NCBI GenBank assembly: GCA_964016885.1
Contig: OZ024755.1
Location: 5,704,001-5,768,000, forward strand
From: Eledone cirrhosa
Lineage: Eukaryota
Direction: 5' to 3'
DNA: 64,000 bases
Below, piece after piece: positions 1 through 13,495 of this stretch (its first letter is position 1; every line of letters begins with the position of its first letter). The translations under genes were made by a program, and so were the position numbers. Below the pieces are notes generated by a model. It saw nothing but the letters and a program-made list of their open reading frames with translations, did not search any database and was not told the origin of the DNA.

Positions 1-359
1 AACTTCCAACAATATGTCATTTTTAGAACGTTCTGTGTAAGAATAGGTTTGTTTCGAGCCAATTTTAGATTATGTAATAAAACATTTCCTCTCCTACCTA
101 ACTGCTAGCAGAACAGGTAGAGGGCGAATGATTAAATTCTGGTGCTTCGAACAAACTGGAAACTGACAAGTAATGTGATGACCTACAAGGGCGAATTATC
201 TCTCTCAAAAATAGAATAATTAAGAAAATCATGCTTAGATGCAAATTTTACATAGAAGGTATTGTTCGTGAAACAAAATTTCCTCTAGCTCATACAGGTT
301 GTTTCCATACTTTATATAGAAAGCAACAAGTATCAGAGCGCTTTCCGATTCAGCAAGCT

Positions 360-740
360 GAAGCCAACCTTTTATGTTAGTAATGAAAGACAAGAGATAG
401 AAAGAATTTTTAAAAAGCCCTTCCAGCCTTTTAGCTGTTAAAGAAGCTACACATGCATTCTATTCTGTTATGCACAACCACAGCCTTAGGTTAACAACTT
501 ACAGTAGCTATTTTAAAATAGAATTCAGTCATGCTCACGCGAATCCTGAAGGCATTATTGAACGTAATTGCTTGAGCTGAAGAAGAAATTAACTCTGATC
601 TAGGTGACTGTCATTGTTTCCTTCATTTCACACAGACAACAGCAATCATATTATATTAAATTGATTTCTTTTATGCATAAATGTTTCCAACCTTATGTAG
701 TTAGTGATATTGAATTTCTTCAATTGAAAGAAGAAATGAA
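360..740 (+). pseudogene. Decayed hAT-superfamily DNA transposase fragment
   Basis: Frame at 431 reads LAVKEATHAFYSVMHNHSLR, followed across frameshifts by EFSHAHANPEGII and TDNSNH; resembles, from memory, hAT transposase motifs (AE..FAYHTVKHNHSFRS / FSCARTK.EAII / D.SNH). Disrupted by stops and indels. Confidence 0.55.
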
Positions 741-1924
741 AATAAAAAGCTTTTAGGGAAAAGCTTCAATTAGTAAGCAAATTAGAGTGTTCTAGTTAGA
801 GTATAGTATTATTCTAAGAAGAATAACAAGAACGTATAGTGTCTGATGCCACAAACAACTGTACTTGAACACACTTATCTGAATGAAAGGTTTGCATGGT
901 TTACATAGAGCAGCATAGGAATAAAGTTTAACACACAATTCACACAATTGACGCGACTCACATTCTTTTTATCTAACATTATAATAGTGAGACAACATTT
1001 TTAGGCAGCTGTTAATCGATAATTATAAAGTTGTTATTCTACATATTGTGTCTTCTTTTTCCTTTTTGGTTTGTATTGACCATTGGCTAGCATTAGTAAC
1101 AATATTAAAGAACAAACGAATAACCAACCTTTAGTCAAGTCTACAACATCATTTGAAGGTATATTATGAATGGTTAATTGTTGTCATTCATTGATATCAA
1201 GTGATAATCGTTTGATAGCCGCCACAACCATTTCATGGAAACTCTTAAACAGACAAAATAGGTTTTCACTGCGTACATCACTAACTCAATTTACTCACTA
1301 AAATGTGCTTTTGCCTTCTTTCCAATAAAACAAATCTGAACAATACAAATACCATTTTGTAGTCTATTCTGTTTTCCTAAAACCTTTTTTCGGAATATAA
1401 GACACAACGTTACTTTACGAAAAGAAAAATTTAATATTCAGCTCTGCTAAAACATGGCTTCCGTAAAGTATATTATGGTTGTATTCATACCTTCCGTATA
1501 CAGAGAGCAAATAGATTTTGACATAAAATTTTCCGGTAAAAATATGCATCTTAAACAGTGGAAAATATGGTAATTCTTAGGCAATAAAACTTCATAACCA
1601 AATCTCACATAAAATATATCACACTTCTAAGTATTTAATTCTCCAAGCTAGAAATATATTCTACTTTTATACACCGGAAAATACGTATGCCGTGTGGTAT
1701 TTTATACACCACACTCAATGATCTCCTTCCAGCAATGTAGCTTATATTTCATTTGAACAATATGAAAATGAACTAACTAAAGGGCCTCTAAGAAATATCA
1801 GCCAAGTTATCATGTTATAAAGGCTTAAAATAGGACATATTGGATAATATTACCCGGGAGACACTGAGCCTAAAATAAGGTCGGGGTGGTTTATAGCTGC
1901 AATGGCTTTCATTATATGTCTGCT

Positions 1925-2148
1925 GAAGGGCAGTGGATTAGCAGTAATCGTTAGAGCGACGGACAACATGCTTTACGGCTTAGAGTTACGTCTCTGTTTC
2001 TTCTAAGTTCAAATCCCGCCGAGGTTAGCTTTGCCTTTCATCCTTACCGGGTCTATAAAATATAGTACCAGTAACATACTGGGGTTGATTTAATCGACTT
2101 TCCCCTCCCCAAAATTGTTAACGTTGTACTGCAATTAGAAATCATTAT
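1925..2148 (+). mobile_element. tRNA-derived SINE with Meta-type central domain (family S1), older copy
   Basis: B-box-like gttcaaatccc, body gcctttcatccttaccgggtctataaaat...gtaccag, tail tagaaatcattat; homologous to more than 10 copies in the window. Confidence 0.8.
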
Positions 2149-2649
2149 AGTCTGCTGGATTAGAGACTACATGAGACGTAACAACAACAACAACAGAAAC
2201 AGCATGGAAGAATGTCATTAAAACTAAAATATTTTATAAAATGGCTAATATCTAATTGATCTGTCATCAATATTTTGATGGCACCGTGATTCTCAACGAG
2301 CTTTTTTTCATTTCACTGGGAAGAGTTAGTGCAAATGGCCGTCACAATTCGATCATCCGGTTCTCGTCCGATCACCGGAGATTACATTAATAACAAACAT
2401 CTGTTATACGTACAAGCCAGCGAGGGAGTCTCTACAAGGTCACTCGATCTGCTAGAAATAACCATGAAGTTTTCCATAAATCACACCATACCGTTTTAAT
2501 AAAGAAACAGCACAGTAGATAATTCTAAGTTCTAAATACCATTAAAAGACAGGATGGCCACAACGGGAAAGATTTGGTTATAAGTCTGTTCGTTCATGTT
2601 TGACATAGGTTTATACAACAACATATATTTTCAGTGTATACTGATCAAT

Positions 2650-3085
2650 GCTCAGAGCCATCCTCAGTATTCTCGTGTAGCACCCATCCACCATCAGTGA
2701 TTTTCTTGGTCAGTGTCCAAGTCTCAGACTGGTACAGCAGCACAGACTCCACTACAGCAACGAAGAGGCGGATTTTCAGTGTACACTGAGGATGAAGAAC
2801 TCAGATGTGTACGAGAGCCTCCCAAAAGTCAGCTGAAAAGTGACACAGAGGAGATTGAGGTTAGCTGGACATGCTCACCGACATCCAGAGTTGACACTTC
2901 ACTCAGTGCTCCCGTTGGAGCCTCTGCATGGACATACTGGAAGAGGAAGACCGAGGTTAACATATGTTGATGCCCTAAGGACAGACACTGGTCTCTTGGA
3001 GACGAAGGACATGGCAGCGATAATGAGGGACAGAGAACAGTGGAGAGAACTCGTCCATGGATCTCGGGAATTTTACCCGCTCTAG
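2650..3085 (+). mobile_element. RTE-clade LINE 3' fragment (C-terminus of ORF)
   Basis: ORF 2840-3085 RRLRLAGHAHRH...GRGRPRLTYVDALRTDTGL...MRDREQWRELV matches the typical RTE C-terminal pattern (RL.W/LAGH..R, RGRPR..W/Y.D, DR..WR); followed by a (TAGA)n tail. Confidence 0.8.
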
Positions 3086-3763
3086 ATAGATAGATAGATA
3101 TATTTTCAGTACATGTAAAATTTCTTTAACACAATAGTGATGCAGCCAATGATTCAATCTCCTTGGTTATTTTAACTCTACGATCTTCCAACCGTTAATT
3201 TCAGCAATATTCCAAAAATAGACACATTTCTCTATCAATAATATATACTTTCATTATATCGTCCAATCGGAATATTCCATACTTAAGCTGTATTTATCAG
3301 AATCAATGAGGAATCCATATTTATTTCGAAGATCAATACCACATCCATATTTTCTCATGGACAATATTATTCTGAAATAATCTCCTGCCAAGACAAAATC
3401 CTTTTTTTATTTTTATTTCATTTATTATTATTGTTAGAGAGGAATTCAGAGGAAATGAACAAACACGAGAAAGGACATTTTAATTCGAAGACAAATTCGA
3501 ATAAAAAGAAAATGTATTGAGATAAAATATTTATTGAAACCTCCTTAATGGCCCGAATTCTTAATGGAACTTTTCAAGTAGTCTGAAAATTGCAATTAAG
3601 CACGAAACTTCTGGCCATCGAATCACTGACATATCTTCACAGTTATAGTAAAATATATATTTCAGACCATGTATTGAGCTTTCCTTTTTTTCCCTTGCAT
3701 ATATAAAGCTATTTTGTTCGTATGCGTTTGTGTGTGTTTGAGTATGAGTATATATATATATAT

Positions 3764-3906
3764 AACGAAGGAAGTGTGGCAAGGAACCAGGTGGAACATA
3801 ACGCGCTCGATACTTTGGGTAGTAGAGTGGGTAATAGGAAAATGTTCAAGACCCCTGACAGCTGTCGAAACGGCCGGAGCTCAGCCGTCGGGTTCCTGAC
3901 TCTTTT

Positions 3907-3910
<4 letters not shown>
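3764..3910. mobile_element. TA-embedded short element (family H3), inverted junction with the 3' half of a hammerhead
   Basis: 3764-3860 is the reverse complement of the tail seen at 40801-40885 and 4601-4672; 3868-3894 reads GAAACGGC-cggagctca-GCCGTC-GGGTT (HHR stem III, GUC site, stem I 3' strand); (TA)n on both sides. Confidence 0.6.
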
Positions 3911-3940
<30 letters not shown>

Positions 3941-4377
3941 CCTTTTTTCTTATTTCTCCATGAGAGATAGAGGGAGAGAGAAAGAGAGAGCAGGAGAGAG
4001 GAGGGGAGGGGGGAGAAAGAGAGAGAGATGGAAGAGTTTATCAATATTGTAATCTGGATGTAGAGTTGGTGTTTTTTTGGGGTTTTAGGTAACTGGAACT
4101 ATTTTATTACTTAGCATCTAGGGGTACATGGCCGTGAGCCTTATGGGGGAACATGGGATGTTTAAAGGAATTTTGTCGACTGTTTGTGTTAGTGTCTAGT
4201 GTGGGTGGTATGAATATCGAGCAGCAAATCTGAAATCTTTCTGTTTGGGTGTGCCACTTACTGAGCCAAAATCTCGATTATCTAACAAACAAAATCTTAT
4301 CACGGCAAATTATCTAACATCTACAATTTCCAGTAATTTCTAGTTGCAGAAATAGTCTGTGTGTGTGTGTGTGTGTA

Positions 4378-4484
4378 AGAAAAGTTAACAAAGAAAATAA
4401 CATAATAGAGTACAATATTGTTTAACGTTTTATATAGTTGGAAAAGAATTTTAGCGTTTCGGACGCTAGTTTTTCATCGGAAGA
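4378..4484 (-). mobile_element. Degenerate minimal-HHR element (family H4, Penelope-like terminus)
   Basis: Minus strand reads tctt-CCGATGA-aaaactagcgtcc-GAAACGCT followed by a tail resembling 26760-26842; core mutated. Confidence 0.5.
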
Positions 4485-4600
4485 TAGAAAGTTTGCGAGG
4501 GAAGAGAAAAGAGAAAGTAGTCAAGAGTAAAAAAAGAAAGAACACGAGAAAAAGAACAAAAAACCCACGTTGTTATATACATATAAACATATATATATAT

Positions 4601-4672
4601 GTTACCCACTCTACTACCCTAAGTATCGAGTACTCTGGTGCGTTATGGTTCACTTGGTTCCTTACCACTCTT
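4601..4672 (+). mobile_element. Family H3 tail fragment in (TA)n
   Basis: ttacccactctactacc.aagtatcgagtact...ggttccttaccac matches 40825-40890 and the reverse complement of 3770-3835. Confidence 0.7.
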
Positions 4673-4702
4673 TATATATATATATATATATACACTACAC
4701 AA

Positions 4703-4737
<35 letters not shown>

Positions 4738-5299
4738 CAAATATATATATATATACATACACACACATATATACGTATATAGTAGGTTGAACTGAAACTT
4801 CGATCTCTCTCAGTGTGCGTGTGTGTGTGTGTGCCTGTATGTTCACACATTATCACACACGTCAATGCAGCTATATTCATGCCAATTATTCCCTTACACT
4901 CATAACGCATACACACACACACACACTAATACAACGACACCATTTTATATTTATTAACCTCTGCTCCCCATTAGCCAATCAAAACTTCTCCCTGCTACTT
5001 CACCCATATTGAAGGCATTTATAAAGGCGACATTCATTAGTGAGGTACACTCTATAATGTTCTTTCAATAGACGCATTAATAACATAATTACAGCGAAAT
5101 AGTGAACTACATAGCCTCGATATAGTAAGATTCGTAATACTGACGTTGCCAAGAGCTACAGGCCATCATCCCTACTTAGTCCTCCCCACTCATGCAAACA
5201 AGTAGTTAGAAAGTACGTGTGACTTCATATGAAATTGAATAAAAGGATTTTCTAGTCGAACTATTTAAACAATCATGCACGCACAATTGCTCACATATA

Positions 5300-5930
<631 letters not shown>

Positions 5931-6326
5931 CGTGTGTGTGTTGTTAATAACCACATAGGCAGTATAATGTCTGTTTATACACAATCACACACATACGTTG
6001 TATAAAATCTTATACATGAATACATACTGTACTAAAGCCCAAAATAATATAAATATATACCGCTCTTCCATAGTTTTCGACGCCGAATGCTCTAGTTGAT
6101 TCAATCAACAGGAAGGACTGTTTGATCGTGAAATTGACACACAGGTAGCTGAGCATTCCACAAACATATGTACTATTAATGTACCTCTCAGGGAGATTCA
6201 CCGTGACACTGGGTCTGACAAAGCTGGCCGTTTGAATTACAGATACATCTCAATTTTTGCCAGCTGCATGGAAAAGAGAAACGAGAAGTAAAGTGATTTG
6301 CTTAAAGACACAATACAACGTATAGC

Positions 6327-6520
6327 TTAGCCTAGCCTCATCCCATCCTTATATCCGAGGGTCGGGGCCATGGACTTATAGACCAGCACTCTCCATCTTT
6401 TCATGTCTCTTGCCATTGCCATACATTCTGCCAGACACCTTCCTGTACATTCCTTAATATCATCTGTCCAGCTCCTTTTTTGCCTGCCCGTGACCACTTT
6501 TCCCTGGCATTCGTCCTTCA
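6327..6520 (-). mobile_element. RTE-clade LINE 3' fragment inserted in an old SINE
   Basis: Minus frame GKVVTGRQKRSWTDDIKECTG...MARDMKRWRVLV is an RTE C-terminus; acgtatagc occurs on both sides (about 6318 and 6524), TSD-like. Confidence 0.7.
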
Positions 6521-7248
6521 AGGACGTATAGCAAGGATTCAAACTCACAACGTCACGATCGTTGAGCCAAAGAGCCTTACCACTAAACCATACAAGGACG
6601 TATAGCAGGGATTCAAACTCACAACGTCACGATCGTTAAGACAAAGAGCCTTACCACTACACCATAAATCTACGCACGTTATATATATATAGTTCCGTAC
6701 TTACGCCATATATAGTTCTGTACCTACATCATATATATAGGGAGAACTATGTACTGAATGTGAAACTAATTGAAATACTAAAGTATTGAAACAAAGGACG
6801 TGTGTGGTCCCTTGAGCAATACTATTATGATTTGTTATGCATTACCCCTTCTTCCATATCTAATCGATTATCGATTACTCATGATTGCATTTATTGATAG
6901 TATGTTCTTTAGTAGAAATATGGTGCAATTATGTCCTACAGCTCTCAGCAGTTATGAAAACTGGGTTTCGTTTCTTTGCATAAAATAAGGGAAATAGTGA
7001 CGGTAGAATTATAGTAAAGTTGGTGGCGATGACGGTGGTGGTGGTGAGGGTTATTTTATGGGGGCGTCAGGGTGTGGTTGGTGTTGGAGTTGGGGAAGTG
7101 GTGCTCACGGTCGTAGTGGTGATGACAATGATGATGGTGATCGGGTGGTGATGGTAAGGTTATAGTAATGGTGGTGGGGATTGTTATTTTATAGAGAACT
7201 TCGTGGCGTGGTTACTGGTAACGCACCCAAACACACTCATTTCTGTCT

Positions 7249-7297
<49 letters not shown>

Positions 7298-7343
7298 AAT
7301 ACAAATATATATATATATATACAAATATTTATAAAACCATATT

Positions 7344-7409
7344 TATTTTATTATACATATTTTAAGGGCAACCAAGGCAAATTATGGTGCGCTTTCATCA
7401 GATAAAATA
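7344..7409 (-). ncRNA. Type I hammerhead ribozyme motif, family H1 (G12 to A, probably inactive)
   Basis: Minus: TATTTTAT-CTGATGA-aagcgcacca...tggttgccctt-AAAA-tatgtATA-ATAAAATA; 8-bp stem I intact. Confidence 0.6.
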
Positions 7410-7477
7410 CAGATTTATTTTATAAATAAATATTGACATACCCGGAAAAAAGACAACCATGACGGTTGGAGCTTCCT

Positions 7478-7537
<60 letters not shown>

Positions 7538-7595
7538 GTATGTACATACACGCACATTGATTCACACATAAAACACACTTCTATACACGTATATG

Positions 7596-7884
7596 CAACG
7601 GCCTTGTTTCAGGTGGGTACCAGGGACAAGACCCCCCACCCCCCACCCCACACACACACTTTTTCAAACGTCTATATTTTATTTTTTGTTTATTTGATAT
7701 AATAAATTCTTTTTAAGCTTATTTCTTTATATCTGAACTTCATTTGAATATATAAAATTTAATTAGCGTAAAATGTTGCTTATGATAGGGTCCAGGAAAG
7801 GCATCATAACCAATTTATGCTCCTTTAAGAATCAACAAATATTGGTTTGTCCCCCTCACAATTTTAAAGCGAACGAAGCCCCTG
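7596..7884 (+). mobile_element. About 280-bp non-autonomous DNA transposon (MITE family M1)
   Basis: Terminal ggccttgttt ... gaacgaagcccctg; near-identical interior to 48481-48756 and 37510-37713. Confidence 0.75.
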
Positions 7885-8098
7885 AGAATATACATGATTA
7901 TAAATGTACAAATATAAAGATATTCTCCGAGTATAGTTTGTACGTAAATAGTTATATATTTACATATAAGTGAAAACATGTCTCCCTCGATAGAGCTTTT
8001 AATTTCGCAACGATGTCATTCCGGGTTCGATACTGCGCCGAGGCACCAAATACAAATATCATATATGTTCTTAGTATGTGGGATTCGGCTGAAGATAA

Positions 8099-8178
<80 letters not shown>

Positions 8179-8420
8179 TTATATTTATATATATATAAAA
8201 TAAAATAAAATAAGTCAAAATATGTAAAATTTGGCTTCGTTTATTATAAATTATAAATTTACTGCTATATATATATTTCGGTGGCAGCTATTGTTGGCGG
8301 CAGTCCGAATTGGTGTGGGAAAGACAAGTACACATGTTGTTGAAGTGTGTTTCACTCTGTCAATACATCGCTATGTCCAGCTCATGAGTGTGTTGTTAGT
8401 CCCAACATATACTCAAAATT

Positions 8421-8455
<35 letters not shown>

Positions 8456-8498
8456 TAATTCAAAATATGAACAAAATAGATATTCTTGTGATCAAGTA

Positions 8499-8565
8499 TA
8501 TTTTATTATACATATTTCAGAGGTACTGAGTTAACTTCAACAGTACGTCCTCATCAGATAAAATA
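8499..8565 (-). ncRNA. Type I hammerhead ribozyme motif, family H1, intact core
   Basis: Minus: stem I TATTTTAT/ATAAAATA, CUGAUGA, stem II GGACGTACTG/CAGTACCTCT, GAAA, minimal stem III AUAUGUAU, cleavage triplet AUA. Confidence 0.75.
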
Positions 8566-8719
8566 AGATGATGCCTGACATACCCTGACATAGTAGATGG
8601 TTAAGATTCAGTCATTCTTTGATTTATTCATTGAACCTTGTTTAACCTTTAAATATATATATATATATATTTATATATATATTGATAGATAGATATGTTA
8701 AGAGAGAAATCCCCATTGA

Positions 8720-9080
8720 ATTATTTTATGAGGGTTGGAGTGATGTTACTCAATAAAGAGCGTAGCTCGGAGATCAGAGAGTAACTCCAGGTAGGGCCGC
8801 TACTTCTCCGAATTGAGAGATCACGGCTCCGATACTATTTCTATGGGTATGTGGTTAGAACGTCTCAGGAAAGAATCGCTGGACAGATTTTATGGGCAAA
8901 AGCAACTGGTAGAGATCCAGGTATAGACCCCGAGCAAGATGGTCAGATAACATCCATGATCTTGGCTGTTCTCACTTGGAAATCCATCCGGATCAGTTGG
9001 AGACAGTTGCTTCTGACAGAACTCTCTGGAAGCAGTGTTTGAGGAATCTTCCCCCCACATCCCTCGCAGGAATAAGTGAG
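8720..9080 (+). mobile_element. RTE-clade LINE 3' fragment (decayed)
   Basis: Translates across frameshifts as LQVGPLLLRIERSRLRY..GYVVRTSQERIAGQILWAKATG, the RTE-type 'RIERSRLRW.GHV.R' region. Confidence 0.65.
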
Positions 9081-9352
9081 CAAAAAAAAAGAAAGAAGAA
9101 ACTAATAAAACCTGATATATACATAATTATATGAACGTCTGGCGCATCACAACGTAGTGGTGTTCGTGAAAATATGGAATATTTTATGTATATATTCCAA
9201 TATAGTGTATGATATTATTTTGATACTTCCCAACGTCTTAGCTGTATTTAAATATCCCTAATTATTACTCTTAGAGTCTAAACCGAAACTTTTTTTACTT
9301 TTAAGGAGCTCCTCCCTTTAAACGATAGAAATATCAATATTTTTGCCTTCTA

Positions 9353-9385
<33 letters not shown>

Positions 9386-9391
<6 letters not shown>

Positions 9392-9485
9392 GTCCGCCAA
9401 AAGTGTATACACACTTTAACAGCATTCTAATAAATATTGCTTGAACAGGTAATCAAAGTGTGTATACATTTTTTGACACCCTGTA
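9386..9485. mobile_element. About 100-bp Tc1/mariner-type MITE
   Basis: TIRs agggtgtc..aaaagtgtatacacacttt / aaagtgtgtatacatttt.gacaccct, TA on both sides. Confidence 0.75.
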
Positions 9486-9743
9486 TATATATATGTATAT
9501 ATATATATTCAAATTGAAGGATGAGTATTTTAGACTTTATTTTATCATGAGTTAAGGCTCTATTGATTTTTCCCTGGATTTCACTAAATTCTGTTCAATG
9601 AATCTATATGCTGATTCTTTTTGAATTGAGTTTGAATTATTTTCCCACATCTTACGTTAACTATTTTCCCATTTTGACGTTATAGTCACTTATATATTAT
9701 GGAATACTGTTGGCTTCTTGCTACAATAATTTCTATACTTTTC

Positions 9744-9791
<48 letters not shown>

Positions 9792-9900
9792 GCTATTTTT
9801 AGCATAAATACGAATATGGGACGAGCTAGGCGCTGTGACACATGTGCGTTCAACAACACATTTGTCTCAGTTTTCTTAAGTATTTTGAAGTGAAACTTAC

Positions 9901-9914
9901 CAATTTCTGGATAC
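9901..9914 (-). other. Candidate 14-nt micro-exon
   Basis: Minus: tttctgtgctcttctgcag|GTATCCAGAAATTG|gtaagt, a strong acceptor and a consensus donor 14 nt apart. Confidence 0.35.
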
Positions 9915-10697
9915 CTGCAGAAGAGCACAGAAATAGGAACTTTCACTTAATTGTTGCGAAACAAATTTAAAATTTAAAATTTGTCCAGGTATCACGGCTA
10001 TTGCCAATATAGGTTTGTTTTTATTGATTTATTATTTTAAATCGAGACAGGCAAACCGTATTATTTTAATTAGTATTTTTCAATCTAGCTAATTTGGTCA
10101 TTTGCAATGCAAACACTTGTATACTTGTATCAGTGTTTATCCCTATCATATATTCATTTGTATTACACGGCTCGGAAGTATTCCTTTCTTTGAGCTATTT
10201 AATTGTAAAAGACTATTTGAGTTTATAACTCTATATATATAATATGTATTTATGTATGTATGTATGCAAAAGGTAAACAGAAATAACAACACAATCGGTA
10301 CAGTATATATATATATATATATATAATTATATATATATAATTATCTATATATATATATATAAAATTATATATATATATATAATTATATATTTATATTTAA
10401 TTAACATATATAAAAAGTGAAAGTCGTATTTGTACGTTTGCCTGTATATATTAGTAGGGGAGAGAATATATTAATAGGAGATGGATAGCTAGACTGATAG
10501 ATGGATAGATGGATATATAGGTACTATCCAGTGACAAGTGACAATTCTAGTTAATATTTGAAGATATGCTAATAACAGGGTTGGGAGAGCTCCTATAATC
10601 GTAATAAATAGTACATATGCTAAACGTTACTCAGATATTGCTACACTGACGTATATGGTTACTATATCAATATATAATGGCAACAAATTACATCAAT

Positions 10698-10711
10698 GTT
10701 GCTATGGCAAC
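10698..10711. promoter_or_regulatory. RFX X-box consensus
   Basis: GTTGCTATGGCAAC, near-palindromic X-box. Confidence 0.4.
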
Positions 10712-11714
10712 GTCTAATTGTAAACAATATTAGGGAGAGAATGACAGAGGAAATGGGGAAACTGCATTATTTTCGGAAGTTTTACAGTGACAAGAGTGAT
10801 TACACCTGGCCTAGTGGTTTGGGTCTTGGACCTTCCCCCTTTACCAATCTTAACATCCTAATTTCGATTCCCTGCAGCATATTGTGTCGTTGAGCAAGAC
10901 AATTTATTTCACTTTACTCAATTATTGAGCTATTGAAGGTATGTTTTCAGCACTGAATAAGTTTCTCATGAGTTACGAATTGTGTTGACTACGAAAATCC
11001 CGAAGCAATGACGTGTTTTCTTTTGTCCTGGTAGTTGATACCCAGCTAGATAGGAAGTAGGAAGTGTTGACTGGTTTTGCTAAACAACGTAATTACACGT
11101 GATTGCGAAAACTGTCAGAAATAGCAACCAAATCTATCCGAAACGACATTCAATTTTTTTTCTTTTTTAAATGAAGGGTACACTGGATAAGGTAGTCTGA
11201 AAAATTGTTTGCAAAATAGTTTAGTACTTGCGGGTATCTAGCTGTTATAGCCATACAATAAAGCTTCAAGTGTCAGGAACTTTTAAGAACGGTAACACGA
11301 TCTCACCATTGTGTCATTCTGTCAACAGACGTAATGAAGGAATCTCTTCTCAAATTGGGTGTAAAGTTAAAACTTAAGAGTCCTTCCATACAAAGTGACT
11401 CCTTCAATTTTACAGTTCAGTTAAACCACTGCTTGCAATGGAGTTAATTTGACATGGAGTTAATGACTTAAACGATTGGATGCCAAGCAGCGTTAAAGGG
11501 AGGTTACAGATAATTATAGCAAGGAATGGCTATACTCTACTGCATACACAGATATTTACACTTGTCTTAATTCTGTGGTATAAGGCGGCAAATTGATAGA
11601 AAGGTTATAACGTTTACGGCTCTCTGAGCTCAAAGTTAAGTTCAAGTTCCCCCACCCAAGGTCTTTGACTTTTTTTCTTTTCGAGACCAATAAATAAAGT
11701 ATCAGTCAGTACTG

Positions 11715-11762
<48 letters not shown>

Positions 11763-12596
11763 CATATAATATGTCTGTCTATCTATCTCTGGAAGAAATC
11801 CGTTGTGTTCAGACACGAAGAGGGACGAGCTACATCAGGTTTAAGATGTCCCAAAACAGGCCATATGTAACAACGACACTTCTACCACTCCATCACAAAT
11901 TAAAGGTTGATGTATGGATGGAATTCTTTGATAAAGAATTTAAACTACCTCGTTAAAAGACATTATTGTAAGGCATTCTCTAATTCTTCGGAATACAAGT
12001 TAAAATACCAGCTTACTAGGAAAGGATTGTAAGAGATTCACTATCATGTTACATATTCTTAACTAAACATTTTTGAATTACGATCGGAAGAAGGAAAGTA
12101 AAACCCTTTATCTTCATGACTCATGTTTGTTTTGTTGTTTTTGTTTTAAATATAAGATGGCGGTCCCAAGTGGGACAAGATGTTAAGGGGGAAAAAAAAG
12201 GAATGTAGATAAATTTTGCTGACAGTTTATGTTATCATGAACCATATGTGATTTTAGGCGAAGAAAGAAGCTTACAAATTTCATTTTCTTTGACTGAGAT
12301 TTTGATTAAATTAAATTATGATATATAAGCGGGCGTAATTTTACAACAAATCTTAAGATTAGAAAGGAAGCAACTTCACAACGTTGAGAAACTCTAAAAA
12401 ATCTCATCGTTTATCTGCCTAATTCTGCTGAAAATGTGCTTCGATTCTTTAGTTCTTTTCTGTCGTTGTAAAACATTCTTTTCTCAGCAATGGCGCCACT
12501 AACCTAATCCAGTCTTACTCAGTAAAACTTATTTGTAATTCGAAAGAGTTCATGACACTGTAGCTGAAAGAGTTAACATTTTCTTTATAAATATAT

Positions 12597-12654
<58 letters not shown>

Positions 12655-13131
12655 CTTTGTTTATGCGTATGTATAAGTATACATGTGCATATATATGCAT
12701 TTATATTATGCATACATACGTACACCCATATGTATGTGTGTGCGCGCATGTGTATGTGTGTGTGTGTGTGTATGTGCGTGCGTGCGTGCGTGCGTGTAGG
12801 TAGAGATACGCCTGCAATAAACATCTACACTTTGATAAATATTAATACTCTACGTTTGGTATTGAGTTATTTTTCATTTAATGTCTCTAATGTTATTAAT
12901 CATCTGAAGTCTACAACCACGTGTCAAAGAATATATAAAAAGAATTGTAAATGTGTTTTACTGTCTACATACACTATATATGTGAAGGTATGTAGCTTAG
13001 TGGTTAACGTCTTCGACTCCCGATAGTAAGTTGGTGAGTTTGATTCACGATCTTTAATGAATTGGACACCCAAACCTGGCAGAGCATTGTGTCCTTGAGA
13101 AAAAACACTATTTCCTGGGGCTCTAGCTCAG

Positions 13132-13495
13132 TGGAGGCACGTGGTCTAGTGGTAAGGATGTTGGACTTATGATCATAATATCGTGGGTTCGATTTCTGGG
13201 CTGGGTTGTGTGTTGTGTCCTTGAGCAAAACACTTAATTTCACCATGCTCAGCTGAAAATGTGTACCAACAATACCTGGGAGTCTAACCCTGCAATGGAC
13301 CGGCGTCTTCTCCAGGGGAAAGTCTTGTACTATCAGTTGCTTCACGCCATTGCAACATACTCAGCTGAAAGTGAGTACCAGCAATACCTGGGAGTCTAAC
13401 CCTGCAATGGACCGGCGTCCTCTCCAGGGGGAAGTCTTGTACTCTCAGTTGTTTCACGACATGAAACAGGTATAAACATCAGCCTGACTGACTCA
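13132..13495 (+). mobile_element. tRNA-derived CORE-type SINE (family S2-related) with internal about 110-bp tandem duplication
   Basis: A-box tggtctagtggt, B-box ggttcgattt, CORE-like gttgtgtccttgagcaaaacactt; ctcagctgaaa...tcagttg occurs twice. Confidence 0.75.
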
